Below are positions 6,916 to 16,599 of a DNA stretch of 64,000 bases, in pieces. The stretch is from an uncultured Cytophagia bacterium (GTDB taxonomy: Bacteria > Zhuqueibacterota > Zhuqueibacteria > Residuimicrobiales > Krinioviventaceae), in NCBI GenBank assembly GCA_964399735.1, contig CAYNSO010000008.1:2150-66149 (forward strand). Reading direction: 5' to 3'. Below the pieces are notes generated by a model that was not told where the DNA came from, searched no databases, and saw only the letters and a program-made list of their open reading frames with translations. How positions within the stretch are numbered: the stretch's first letter is position 1; each line of letters begins with the position of its first letter. The position numbers and the translations under genes are program-made.

Positions 6916-7935
6916 ATGATTGAAGCGCAATTTTATGAAAAATTGGCAAATAACCAGGTGCGGTGCACGTTATGCCCGCACAATTGCAAAATAGCCGAGG
7001 GCAAGCGCGGTATTTGCGGGGTGCGCGAAAACCGCGCGGGTGTGCTGTATTCGCTGGTTTATGAAAAGGCGATTGCCACCCATGTCGATCCCATAGAAAA
7101 AAAGCCGCTGTTTCATGTATATCCCGGTTCGCAGTCGTTTTCCATTGCCACGGTGGGCTGCAATTTCAAATGCCGCTTTTGCCAAAATCATGATATTTCG
7201 CAGGCGCCGCAGGGAAAGGATGGACATATAGCGGGGCAGACTTTGCCGGCTGCTGATGTTGTGTACATGGCCGACCGGCAGGGCTGCAAAACCATTGCCT
7301 GTACCTATACCGAGCCGACTATTTATTATGAATACGCCCTGGATATTGCGAAGCAGGCGGTTAAAAAAGGCATCGGGATCATATTCGTCTCTAACGGCTA
7401 TATCAACGCCGAACCGTTAAAAAAGATGGCTCCCTATTTGCTGGCCGCCAATATCGATCTAAAGGGGTGGGATCAAGAGTTTTACCGCCGTGTTGTGGGC
7501 GGTGATTTGAAAAAAGTGCTGGAAACACTGCTGTTGTATAAAAAGCTGAATATCTGGCTGGAAGTGACCACCCTGGTAGTGCCCACGTATGTTGATAATG
7601 AAGATACCCTGTGGGAGATCGCCAAATTCATCCGCAAAGAGCTGGGCGCGGAAACGCCGTGGCACATCAGCCGCTTTCATCCGCAGTACCTGTGCCGGGA
7701 CCTGCCGGTAACGCCGCTGGAAATCATGCGCCGCGCCAGGGAGATCGGTTTTGACGCCGGGCTGCGTTATGTGTACAGCGGCAATGTTCAGGGCGACGCC
7801 GGCGAGAACACCTATTGTTATCACTGTCACGCCCTGCTTATCGAGCGTTATGGGTTTTCCATTCTACAAAATAATATTCAAAATGATAAATGTCCCAATT
7901 GCGGCGCAGCCATCGACGGCATTGGTATGAGTTGA
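6916..7935 (+). CDS. AmmeMemoRadiSam-system radical SAM enzyme (PFL-activase-like)
   Basis: N-terminal CTLCPHNC and radical-SAM CNFKCRFCQN cluster; about 339 aa, the typical length for the family. Confidence 0.75.
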   Translation: MIEAQFYEKLANNQVRCTLCPHNCKIAEGKRGICGVRENRAGVLYSLVYEKAIATHVDPIEKKPLFHVYPGSQSFSIATVGCNFKCRFCQNHDISQAPQGKDGHIAGQTLPAADVVYMADRQGCKTIACTYTEPTIYYEYALDIAKQAVKKGIGIIFVSNGYINAEPLKKMAPYLLAANIDLKGWDQEFYRRVVGGDLKKVLETLLLYKKLNIWLEVTTLVVPTYVDNEDTLWEIAKFIRKELGAETPWHISRFHPQYLCRDLPVTPLEIMRRAREIGFDAGLRYVYSGNVQGDAGENTYCYHCHALLIERYGFSILQNNIQNDKCPNCGAAIDGIGMS

Positions 7936-8135
7936 GGATCATTTATTTGCCCCGGCGCAGGGAAAAGACTTGATAATCCAGTCGGCATTTCATAAATTAA
8001 CCGGCAGAAATACAGTTTTTATTGCGACAGAAGCAGCAGCTTTTTTTTTGAACCCAAACAAGCCGGTTGTCGTATAAACTTGTGTTCTTGTTTACAAGCT
8101 TCATCCCGCCGGTCGGGACTGCCTGGATAGAAATA

Positions 8136-8690
8136 GTGAAAAATGTACGTTTGAAAAAGCTCATACTGGCATCCCTGCTGACCGCGCTGGCGGTCGGGAT
8201 CGGTTACCTGTTTCTGTCCATTCCCAATGTGGAAATGATCACCGCGGCGGTGTTCATTGCCGGTTACATCATGGGCCCGGCGTTTGGAGTTATTATTGGC
8301 TTGTTGGCCGAGTTTCTGTTTTCGTTGTTCAATCCCTACGGCGCGCCGGCGCTGCCGTTATTGCTGGCGCAGGTCATTGCCTTTGGTTTTACCGGGTTGG
8401 TCGGCGGCTGGTTTCAAAAACTGTGGGTGCGAAAAAGTAACGGGATACTTGTTTCCCTGTACGCAGCCGGCTGCGGGCTGCTGGTTACCCTGGTTTATGA
8501 TGTGCTGACCACGCTGAGTTTGATCTTTGTTCTGGCTGATCTCGACAGCCGCGGCATGGCGGCGCTGTTTACCGGCGGCATGGTTTTTTACCTGACCCAC
8601 GCTGCTGTTAATACGGTGATCTTTGCCACGATTGTGCCGATACTTTTGTTTCGTTTGCAGCCGCATATACCGGAATATTTACATAAATGA
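8136..8690 (+). CDS. 5-TM membrane protein, ECF-transporter S-component-like (hypothetical)
   Basis: The track ORF starts at a TTG at 8067. I prefer the in-frame GTG at 8136 (MKNVRLKKLILASLL…). It has five hydrophobic helices and about 185 aa. Confidence 0.4.
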   Translation: MKNVRLKKLILASLLTALAVGIGYLFLSIPNVEMITAAVFIAGYIMGPAFGVIIGLLAEFLFSLFNPYGAPALPLLLAQVIAFGFTGLVGGWFQKLWVRKSNGILVSLYAAGCGLLVTLVYDVLTTLSLIFVLADLDSRGMAALFTGGMVFYLTHAAVNTVIFATIVPILLFRLQPHIPEYLHK

Positions 8691-10714
8691 AAATAGCGCT
8701 TATGCACAGATTTGGTTTTTTCATCCTCGTTATATTGAGTTGCTCCATCTCCGGAGTTGTCGCCCAAACAGCGGCGCCTGCGGCAACACCACCGGATTCT
8801 GTGGTTAGCGACCAGGCTGCCGACAGTATGATGATTGTGCAGCCCCCGTTGTCCGGCGAACCTGCTGCGGATAGCGTTAAAGCAGCAAATCCGATTCCTC
8901 CCGATTCATTGGCAACTGCGGACAGCCTGTTAACGACGCCGGTTATACCGCCTGCTCCTGCAGAGAATCTTATTGTAGATAAACCAACCAGATCTATGAT
9001 CTACTCTGTAATCGCCGATACCGGTTTGTACAAAGGCACAGATTATGGCAGTTTTGGCGATGTGTTCGACTGGCTGCCGGGCGCATATTATTACGACCGC
9101 GGCAGTGTTGGTCAGGCAGCTTATGGCTCGCTGTATTCCGGTCTCGAAGGCGGATTCCACCTTTATTACGACGGCCTGTATTTGAACGATCCCTTTACCG
9201 GTCTGGCTGAAATGAACATGATCCCGGTGGAAAGCGTTGCCCAAATGCAGATCATCACCTCCGGGGCCGACCGACGCTACGGCAATGCGCCTTTGGGGCA
9301 AACCATGCAGGTTTCTTTTAAAGATATCGCCGGTTTACCCATTCGCTCAACAGTTTCGTACCGCACCGGGCATAACGGTTTTGATGACATTGACGCCCGG
9401 CTGGGCATAAAAAGTTCGGATAGATTATCTATTAATATGGGCGGCATTATTAAAGGGTATGGCGGAACCTTTTATAACAGCGAGTACGACGCCAAAAAGC
9501 TGAATCTGAAAATTGACCGCCGGATCGGTAATAAATGGCGAGTGCAGTATCTTTATCTGTACAACCTTGCCGAAGTCGATATTCCCTTGCATCAATCATT
9601 GCTTATACAGCAAGTATCCATTCCCCACCAGACCGATCGCCGCAGCGATCATGGTTTGCGGATAAATTGGGGCCGTTCTTTATCTGTTCATGTTCAGCAA
9701 ACATTTTATCGGCAAGAACTTTATGGCAGTTACCGGCATACCGGTATTGATAATTTGCATAAATACCAGGGCACGCGGGTTACTGCGCAATGGCAAAAAG
9801 AAGTTGGCGTCCTGGCCCTGCAGAGCGGGGCAATGTGGCATATTAATCAGTTGAACAGCCGCGAGTGGGGAAGGCATAGCCGACGCAGTTCCGGCGCCTG
9901 GTTCAACGCCGCGCTGCACAGTAGTGATGCGTATTATTTTTCTGCCGGGGTTACTGCACAGCACGACAAGGGGTATGGAATGTTTTGGCAGCCGGAAGTG
10001 AGTGTTGAATACCGATTGGCGCCCGGCTTGAACATATTCAGTTGGGTTAACCAGGGCAGGGTTATCCCCTCTTTTGAGTCATTATACAGCAATGGCCCAT
10101 ATACCGGAGGCAATGCAGAACTGGAAGCAATGAAAGATAACCAGGCAGGTTTTGGCATGGACAGCCGAATTAAAGGCATTGACATATATATTGCTGCTTC
10201 TGTAAACAAGATCAAAAATCAGGCGGCGATGTATGCAAGCGACAGTACGGCGTTATGGATCAACCAGCAAGAGCATAGCCGTATAGCTGTAGATTTTGCA
10301 GTTACCTGTCCGCTTGGAAAATATTTTTCTGTAACCGGCAAAGGCAAATATGCAAGCATAAAGGCAGATGACCCGTATTTTGATATTACCAACATGCCAA
10401 CTGTTTGGGGCAAGGGGTATGTACAATATCGCCGGGTGTTTTTCCGCCGTGACCTTGATGCTCGTTTTCGTGTCGGGGCTATGTTAATGGGGGAGAGCTT
10501 TGCGCCGGAATATTACTTTGCGCAATACCCCTTGGGCGCTGAACTGTTTGGGCCGGCGGTGACTCCATTTGTGCAGGTTACCTTTGTTGTTAGAACCATG
10601 ACATTGTTTATTGCCATGCAAAACATACCGGCGCTGGAAATAGAAAGGGTTTATGGATGGAATTTACCCAAATCGCAGCTGCGCTGGGGATTTACCTGGA
10701 ATTTTGTGGATTGA
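8687..10714 (+). CDS. TonB-dependent-receptor-like outer membrane protein (plug-like region)
   Basis: Signal peptide and a plug-like segment …NDPFTGLAEMNMIPVESVAQMQIITSGADRRYGNAPLGQTMQV. A large beta-rich protein. Confidence 0.5.
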   Translation: MKIALMHRFGFFILVILSCSISGVVAQTAAPAATPPDSVVSDQAADSMMIVQPPLSGEPAADSVKAANPIPPDSLATADSLLTTPVIPPAPAENLIVDKPTRSMIYSVIADTGLYKGTDYGSFGDVFDWLPGAYYYDRGSVGQAAYGSLYSGLEGGFHLYYDGLYLNDPFTGLAEMNMIPVESVAQMQIITSGADRRYGNAPLGQTMQVSFKDIAGLPIRSTVSYRTGHNGFDDIDARLGIKSSDRLSINMGGIIKGYGGTFYNSEYDAKKLNLKIDRRIGNKWRVQYLYLYNLAEVDIPLHQSLLIQQVSIPHQTDRRSDHGLRINWGRSLSVHVQQTFYRQELYGSYRHTGIDNLHKYQGTRVTAQWQKEVGVLALQSGAMWHINQLNSREWGRHSRRSSGAWFNAALHSSDAYYFSAGVTAQHDKGYGMFWQPEVSVEYRLAPGLNIFSWVNQGRVIPSFESLYSNGPYTGGNAELEAMKDNQAGFGMDSRIKGIDIYIAASVNKIKNQAAMYASDSTALWINQQEHSRIAVDFAVTCPLGKYFSVTGKGKYASIKADDPYFDITNMPTVWGKGYVQYRRVFFRRDLDARFRVGAMLMGESFAPEYYFAQYPLGAELFGPAVTPFVQVTFVVRTMTLFIAMQNIPALEIERVYGWNLPKSQLRWGFTWNFVD

Positions 10715-10850
10715 TACTGTGCGCTCTTGCTGAAATTACCGGCGCTGCAATTCTGTTTTAGATATGAAAATAATGTATATTGTGCTTGATTTTGCAGGTA
10801 AATATATTTAAAATTTATATAATTTTTTTGGCAAAAATTTAACATCGGGA

Positions 10851-13721
10851 TTGGAATTGATAACACGAATTGAACTGGCTGTTAAACCCGCTTTTCCGGA
10901 TTTTGAAGGGCGAAAAATAAAAAACGGCGCCCGCGATCTGGGAGTTAAGACGATTGAAAAAGTCTACTCGTTCCCGGTTACCTACCTGTTGGGCGAATTA
11001 TCAGAAGCGGATTGCAATAAAATTGCCGGGCATTTGCTGGCCGACAATGTTACCCAGGATTACCTGATCAACAAAAAATTTGCACGCGATATTGATAAAA
11101 AGCAATGGTCTGTGGAAATTACTTTTAACCGCGGCGTTACCGATATGGTGGCGGAAACTACCCTGAAAGGGATTGCGGATTTGGGTATTACCGGCATTAG
11201 CGAAGCTAAAACCGCCAAACGGTATGTCTTGATCGGTTCCCTCACTGATGAGCAAAAGAATCTCATCACGGAAAAATTGTTGATGAATAAAGTCATCGAG
11301 CATGTGTTGCAGCCGGAAGAGGCATTGTTTGCGCCGCATACTGAAAGTCGGTTTACTCTTGTGCATGTGCCTCTGCGCCAGGCTAATGCCGAAGAATTGC
11401 TCAAGATCAGTCGTGAACGCGATTTATTTTTGAATCTTGAAGAAATGAAAACCATCCAAAAACATTTTCAGGATATTGGCCGCGAACCCACTGATGTAGA
11501 GTTGGAAATGCTGGCACAGACCTGGTCGGAGCATTGCAGTCACAAATCTCTTACCGGGTTGATCGAAGCGGATGGGCAAGTGATTGATAATTTATTAAAG
11601 AATACCATATTTAAAGTGACCAGCGAGTTGAATAAACCCTGGTGTGTCTCTGTATTCAAGGACAATGCCGGTATCATTCGTTTTGATGATGAGTATAATA
11701 TTTGTTTCAAGGTAGAAACGCATAATCACCCGTCCGCTATGGAACCCTATGGTGGCGCCAATACCGGCATTGGCGGCGTGATCCGCGACCCGATGGGCAC
11801 GGGGCTGGGCGCCAAACCGGTCATCAATACCGATGTGTTCTGCTTTGGCCCGGTTGATATAAAGTATGAGGATTTACCCAAAGGAGTATTGCATCCCAAA
11901 CGGGTGATGCAGGGCGTGGTCAGCGGGGTGCGCGATTATGGTAACCGTATGGGTATTCCCACCAGTAACGGGGCGATCTTTTTTGACGAACGTTATATCG
12001 GCAATCCCCTGGTGTATTGCGGCAATGTCGGTTTGATACCGGTTGACAAATGCGAAAAGACCATCGTTCCCGGCGATGCCATTATTGTTGTTGGCGGGCG
12101 TACCGGGCGCGACGGTATTCATGGCGCAACGGCGTCATCGGGCGAACTGCATACCGAAAGCGAGGATACCTGGAGCGGCGCAGTACAGATTGGCAACCCG
12201 ATTGTGGAGAAAAAGCTGGTCGATACTTTAATGCAAGCGCGTGATTTGGGCTTGTACCGTGCAATTACCGATTGCGGCGCCGGCGGTCTGTCTTCCGCTA
12301 TCGGCGAGCTTGCGGAAACCACCGGCGCAGAAATTGAACTGGATAAAGCGCCGCTTAAATATCACGGTTTGAGTTATATGGAGATCTGGATATCCGAGGC
12401 GCAAGAACGCATGGTTATTTTTGTGCCGCCGGACAAAGTAGAACAAACATTGAAACTGTTCGCCAGCGAAGATGTAGAAGCAACAGTAATCGGCAAGACG
12501 ACAACGGATAAGAAAATTCGTTTATTCTACAAGCAAACCGTGGTCGGCGAGCTTGATATGCAATTTTTACACAAGGGCGTTCCGCGTACGGTTCGCCAGG
12601 CCAGATGGGAAAAACCGGTTATAAAAGAAGCCGAGTTCCCGCAGCCGGCAAATTTAAGCGAATATGTGCATAAAATATTGGCTGCTCCGAATGTGTGCAG
12701 CAAAGAGTGGGTTATCCGCCAGTACGATCACGAAGTGCAGGGCGGCAGTGCGCTCAAGCCGCTGGTCGGCGCGGCCACTGACGGCCCCGGCGACGCCAGT
12801 ATTACCCGTCCCCGCATGAATTCGTACAAGGCGGTAATTTTGTCCAATGGCTTGAACCCCAATTACGGGCTGATTGATCCATACCACATGGCAACCTCGG
12901 CAATTGATGAGGCGCTGCGCAATGTGATTGCGGTAGGCGGCAGCCTGGAACAGACCGCCATTCTGGATAATTTTTGCTGGGGCAATACCGACAAGCCGGA
13001 TCGTATGGGCGGCCTGGTACGCGCTGCCAATGCCTGCTATGACGCTGCCAAAGTGTTTGAAACGCCGTTCATTTCCGGCAAAGACAGTCTGAATAATGAA
13101 TACCAGACGGAAACCGGTGAAAGCATTGCCATTCCGCCAACGCTGCTTATTTCTGCCATATCGGTGATGGCGGATGCGCGCAAAGCAGTGTCGATGGATT
13201 TGAAAAAGGCCGGAAATTTATTATATATCGTCGGTTTAACCAAATACGAGATGGGTGGTTCCCATTATTTTAATCTATTGGGCAAAACCAGCGCAACTGT
13301 TCCACAGGTTGATCTGGACAGCGCGAAAAAGATATTCATAGCCATGGCCGCAGCGACCGATAAAGGGCTGGTGCGTTCCTGTCACGATTGTTCGGAAGGC
13401 GGAATTGGCATAGCCGTTGCTGAAATGGCTTTTGCCGGGGAATTTGGCGCAACAATTTCGCTTTCTCAAATTCCCAGGGAGCCACAGACCCTGCGCGACG
13501 ATTTTGCACTGTTTTCTGAATCGAACAGCCGGTTTATTGTGGAAGTAGAGCCGGACAAACAACAGCAATTTGATAAAGCGCTTGCCGGTTGTCCTTTTGC
13601 TCAAATAGGCATGGTTAGCAAGGATACAACCCTGGTGATTACCGGTGAAAACGGTAAAACGCTGGTTAAAGAAGATATTTATAAATTAAAAGAATCGTGG
13701 CAAAAAACACTTGGATGGTAA
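10851..13721 (+). CDS. purL: phosphoribosylformylglycinamidine synthase, fused PurS-PurL
   Basis: The N-terminal ~80 aa is PurS-like (AVKPAFPDFEGRKIKNGARDLGV…). AIR-synthase-like PurL motifs follow (…AQTWSEHCSHKS…). TTG start. 956 aa. Confidence 0.9.
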   Translation: MELITRIELAVKPAFPDFEGRKIKNGARDLGVKTIEKVYSFPVTYLLGELSEADCNKIAGHLLADNVTQDYLINKKFARDIDKKQWSVEITFNRGVTDMVAETTLKGIADLGITGISEAKTAKRYVLIGSLTDEQKNLITEKLLMNKVIEHVLQPEEALFAPHTESRFTLVHVPLRQANAEELLKISRERDLFLNLEEMKTIQKHFQDIGREPTDVELEMLAQTWSEHCSHKSLTGLIEADGQVIDNLLKNTIFKVTSELNKPWCVSVFKDNAGIIRFDDEYNICFKVETHNHPSAMEPYGGANTGIGGVIRDPMGTGLGAKPVINTDVFCFGPVDIKYEDLPKGVLHPKRVMQGVVSGVRDYGNRMGIPTSNGAIFFDERYIGNPLVYCGNVGLIPVDKCEKTIVPGDAIIVVGGRTGRDGIHGATASSGELHTESEDTWSGAVQIGNPIVEKKLVDTLMQARDLGLYRAITDCGAGGLSSAIGELAETTGAEIELDKAPLKYHGLSYMEIWISEAQERMVIFVPPDKVEQTLKLFASEDVEATVIGKTTTDKKIRLFYKQTVVGELDMQFLHKGVPRTVRQARWEKPVIKEAEFPQPANLSEYVHKILAAPNVCSKEWVIRQYDHEVQGGSALKPLVGAATDGPGDASITRPRMNSYKAVILSNGLNPNYGLIDPYHMATSAIDEALRNVIAVGGSLEQTAILDNFCWGNTDKPDRMGGLVRAANACYDAAKVFETPFISGKDSLNNEYQTETGESIAIPPTLLISAISVMADARKAVSMDLKKAGNLLYIVGLTKYEMGGSHYFNLLGKTSATVPQVDLDSAKKIFIAMAAATDKGLVRSCHDCSEGGIGIAVAEMAFAGEFGATISLSQIPREPQTLRDDFALFSESNSRFIVEVEPDKQQQFDKALAGCPFAQIGMVSKDTTLVITGENGKTLVKEDIYKLKESWQKTLGW

Positions 13722-14496
13722 GATGATACCCGGAGTATTGGTTTTACGGGCCGCAGGCTCGAATTGTGATGATGAAACAAAATATGCTTTTGAACAAGCC
13801 GGCGCCAAAGCTGATCTGGTGCATGTTAACCGGCTGTTAAACGGTGAAGTGCAATTGAATAATTACCAGATTTTGGCGATCCCCGGCGGGTTTACGTATG
13901 GAGATGATATCTCTGCGGGTAAAGTGCTGGCAAACCAGTTAAAATATAAACTGGCGGATGTATTGCACAGATTTTACAATGATAAAAAATTAATAATTGG
14001 AATTTGTAACGGTTTTCAGGTGTTGGTTAAAGCGGGTTTGTTGCCGGTAGTGGATTTCACCGCTAAACAGACTGTTACTTTAACAATTAACGATTCCGGA
14101 AAATACGAAGATCGCTGGGTTTACCTCAAAGTGAATGACAGCCCGTGTGTATTTACCCGGAATTCCAAACCTGTACTGTACTATCCCGTTGCCCATACGG
14201 AAGGCAAGTTTGTGCCGCAGGATGACAAAACACTGCATTATTTAATCGAGAACAAGTTGGTTGTATTTCAATATAAATCGCCGGATAATAAAAAAGCAGA
14301 ATTCCCCTGGAATCCGAATGGTTCCGTGCACGATATTGCCGGAATTTGCGATCCATCGGGACGAATACTGGGTTTAATGCCGCATCCGGAGCGCAACATC
14401 GACCCCACACATAGTCCGCTCTGGACACGTAACGATTTAGCGACGGAAGGCGACGGTCTGGCATTATTTAAAAATGCGGTGCAATATTTTAAATAA
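13711..14496 (+). CDS. purQ: phosphoribosylformylglycinamidine synthase I (glutaminase subunit PurQ)
   Basis: Class-I glutamine amidotransferase fold …ILAIPGGFTYGDD…GICNGFQ…; overlaps the purL stop. Confidence 0.85.
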   Translation: MDGKMIPGVLVLRAAGSNCDDETKYAFEQAGAKADLVHVNRLLNGEVQLNNYQILAIPGGFTYGDDISAGKVLANQLKYKLADVLHRFYNDKKLIIGICNGFQVLVKAGLLPVVDFTAKQTVTLTINDSGKYEDRWVYLKVNDSPCVFTRNSKPVLYYPVAHTEGKFVPQDDKTLHYLIENKLVVFQYKSPDNKKAEFPWNPNGSVHDIAGICDPSGRILGLMPHPERNIDPTHSPLWTRNDLATEGDGLALFKNAVQYFK

Positions 14497-14552
14497 TGAA
14501 CGAATATAAACAATATGACTTGTTCATTGGTAATTTATCGGGAGCGTGAAAA

Positions 14553-15314
14553 ATGAAAGAAGATATTGGCCCGATCATGAAAAACTGGAAATACCTGGTT
14601 GATGATATAAATGTTCGCATCATTACGGGACTCGATGGCAAGCCGAAATTACAATTACGGCTGGACCTTGGTATTTTGCAAATGGAGCTTGATGGCCGAC
14701 CGGATGGCAAACGACCGGCGCGTTATGATTCCTATTTAACTTATTATGAGAAAAAAGCCAACAGTAATACCAAAGGTAATTTTAATTTGACAATTGGTGA
14801 ATGTATGAAGCTGCAGCAAGAATCGATTCAATACTATCACCGTTATCTTGCTTTAATGAAACTGGAAGATTTTAAGCGCGTCATTCGTGATACAACCCGT
14901 AATTTACAGGTATTTGATTTTGTAGAAAAATTTTCCAATAACAAAGAGATTGTGTGGAGCTTTCAGCAATACCGGCCTTATGTAATTATGATGAATACCC
15001 GCGCGCAGGCATCAATGTATTTAAAAGAAGAAAATTTTGATGAGGCGCTCAGGCAAATTCGCATGGGGATAATAATAATTGAAAAATTTTATAAAAAATT
15101 TGCCAAAAAAAATTTAGAGGATATGTTCGAGTTAGAGTTTTTAAAACAATGGGCGCGGGAAATTGAAGAAGGGAAACCACTTTCCGATGCAGCACGTTTA
15201 CAGAAAGAACTGGAAAACGCTGTCTGCGAGGAGGATTATGAACAAGCGGCTATACTGCGCGATGAGATCAATTCACTGAAAAGACAAGAGAGCCGAAAGA
15301 GTAAATTAGCATAA
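14553..15314 (+). CDS. hypothetical protein with C-terminal UVR (UvrB/C-like) motif
   Basis: …CEEDYEQAAILRDEINSLK…. Confidence 0.4.
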   Translation: MKEDIGPIMKNWKYLVDDINVRIITGLDGKPKLQLRLDLGILQMELDGRPDGKRPARYDSYLTYYEKKANSNTKGNFNLTIGECMKLQQESIQYYHRYLALMKLEDFKRVIRDTTRNLQVFDFVEKFSNNKEIVWSFQQYRPYVIMMNTRAQASMYLKEENFDEALRQIRMGIIIIEKFYKKFAKKNLEDMFELEFLKQWAREIEEGKPLSDAARLQKELENAVCEEDYEQAAILRDEINSLKRQESRKSKLA

Positions 15315-15446
15315 CCCCGGTTAACAGAAATTAAAATTGATTGACTGCAAATATGGGCTGCTATTTTGTTATCCGGAACTGGTGTAAGCCGGATGTTCAA
15401 CAAGGTGTTCAATTAACCATTGAGTGAACGGGAGGTAGCTTTGATA

Positions 15447-16472
15447 ATGAATAAAAAAATAGCAATTTTAATCGCCGCTAAATTTCATGAAGAAGAAACG
15501 ACCATACCGCGAGACTATTTTTCAAGTAAAAATGTTAAAGTTGACCTGTTGGGTCTGGAAAGCGGACCGGTCATGGGGAAAAACAACAAATTTTCACTGG
15601 TTCCCGATAAATGCGTTGGCGATGTCGATGTAAAAGATTATGATGGTTTGCTAATTCCCGGCGGCGGCGCACCGGAACTGATTCGCATCAATGATGCTGC
15701 CCTGGAGTTTGTCAGGGCATTTTGGGCGACAGGCCGGCCCGTGGGGACGATCTGTCATGGCCCGCAGGTATTGATATCGGCCGGTGTTTTGGATAAAGTG
15801 ACGCTGACCTGTTATGCCGGAATTCGCGATGATGTTAAAAATGCCGGCGGAATTTATGTGGACAAGCCAGTATGTGTAGACGGCCAGTTGATTAGCTCGC
15901 GGCAGCCTGGTGATTTGCCGGAATTTAATAAAATGTTTGATAAAGCTTTGTTTAGCGGCTTTGTACCGGCAGAAGAAAGCGATTTAAAACCGCTGGCAGC
16001 ATTGGAACTGGCAATAAACCGGGAAAAAGGGGCCCAGGAATTTTATGAAAATGCAGCCCTGGTGATGAAAACAGAAGCGCTTGCAAACAAATTCCGTTAT
16101 TTGGCAACAATTGAAGCCGGCCATTTTGAGCAGTTGTCCGAATTATATACAAAACTATCAGGTGGTAAACTGCCGGCAATTGATTTGCGATTATCGGAAA
16201 TCAGTAAAAAGCAGGTAAGCGATACGCTAACATCCGACGAAGCGATTGATTTGAGTATACAGGCAGAGCAAAAGGCTTTTGACTTTTACCGCCATGCAGC
16301 GCTGAAAGCGGTGAATCCTCAAGTGAAGGAAATGTTTGAGTATCTTGCCTCGGAAGAACTGGAGCATAAGCGTATTTTATTGCTGGATAAAGCCGCTAAC
16401 CAGGGCGGCCAGGGTCATTTCCAGTGGGCCACCCATTTTGATATTCCTCCCGGCATGGATGATTTGTGGTAA
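15447..16472 (+). CDS. DJ-1/PfpI-family domain fused to a ferritin-like/rubrerythrin-like diiron four-helix domain
   Basis: N-terminus …LLIPGGGAPE…GTICHGPQVL… (nucleophile-elbow Cys). The C-terminus carries two E…ExxH motifs (EAGHFEQL; EELEHKRI). GGGAGG RBS 9 nt upstream of the ATG at 15447. Confidence 0.65.
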   Translation: MNKKIAILIAAKFHEEETTIPRDYFSSKNVKVDLLGLESGPVMGKNNKFSLVPDKCVGDVDVKDYDGLLIPGGGAPELIRINDAALEFVRAFWATGRPVGTICHGPQVLISAGVLDKVTLTCYAGIRDDVKNAGGIYVDKPVCVDGQLISSRQPGDLPEFNKMFDKALFSGFVPAEESDLKPLAALELAINREKGAQEFYENAALVMKTEALANKFRYLATIEAGHFEQLSELYTKLSGGKLPAIDLRLSEISKKQVSDTLTSDEAIDLSIQAEQKAFDFYRHAALKAVNPQVKEMFEYLASEELEHKRILLLDKAANQGGQGHFQWATHFDIPPGMDDLW

Positions 16473-16599
16473 TTTTCGGTATAGCTGTATGGTGTAATTG
16501 ATGTAAATCAATAAAATGTGATGTAACGCAAGAATAATCGTGTAGAAAAGTCGTAATTAAGTCACAATTAACAGGTGAAAAAATCGTAAGGAGCGAAAA

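Noticed and set aside
8067-8135. TTG start of the membrane protein at 8067
   Set aside because: No RBS is present and the N-terminal extension is hydrophobic or unstructured. The in-frame GTG at 8136 gives a typical short cytoplasmic N-terminus before TM1.
10715-10850. Purine or ZTP riboswitch upstream of purL
   Set aside because: No recognisable conserved cores (no UAUA…purine aptamer junction or pfl-motif pseudoknot sequences) were seen by eye. An Rfam scan would be needed to be sure.
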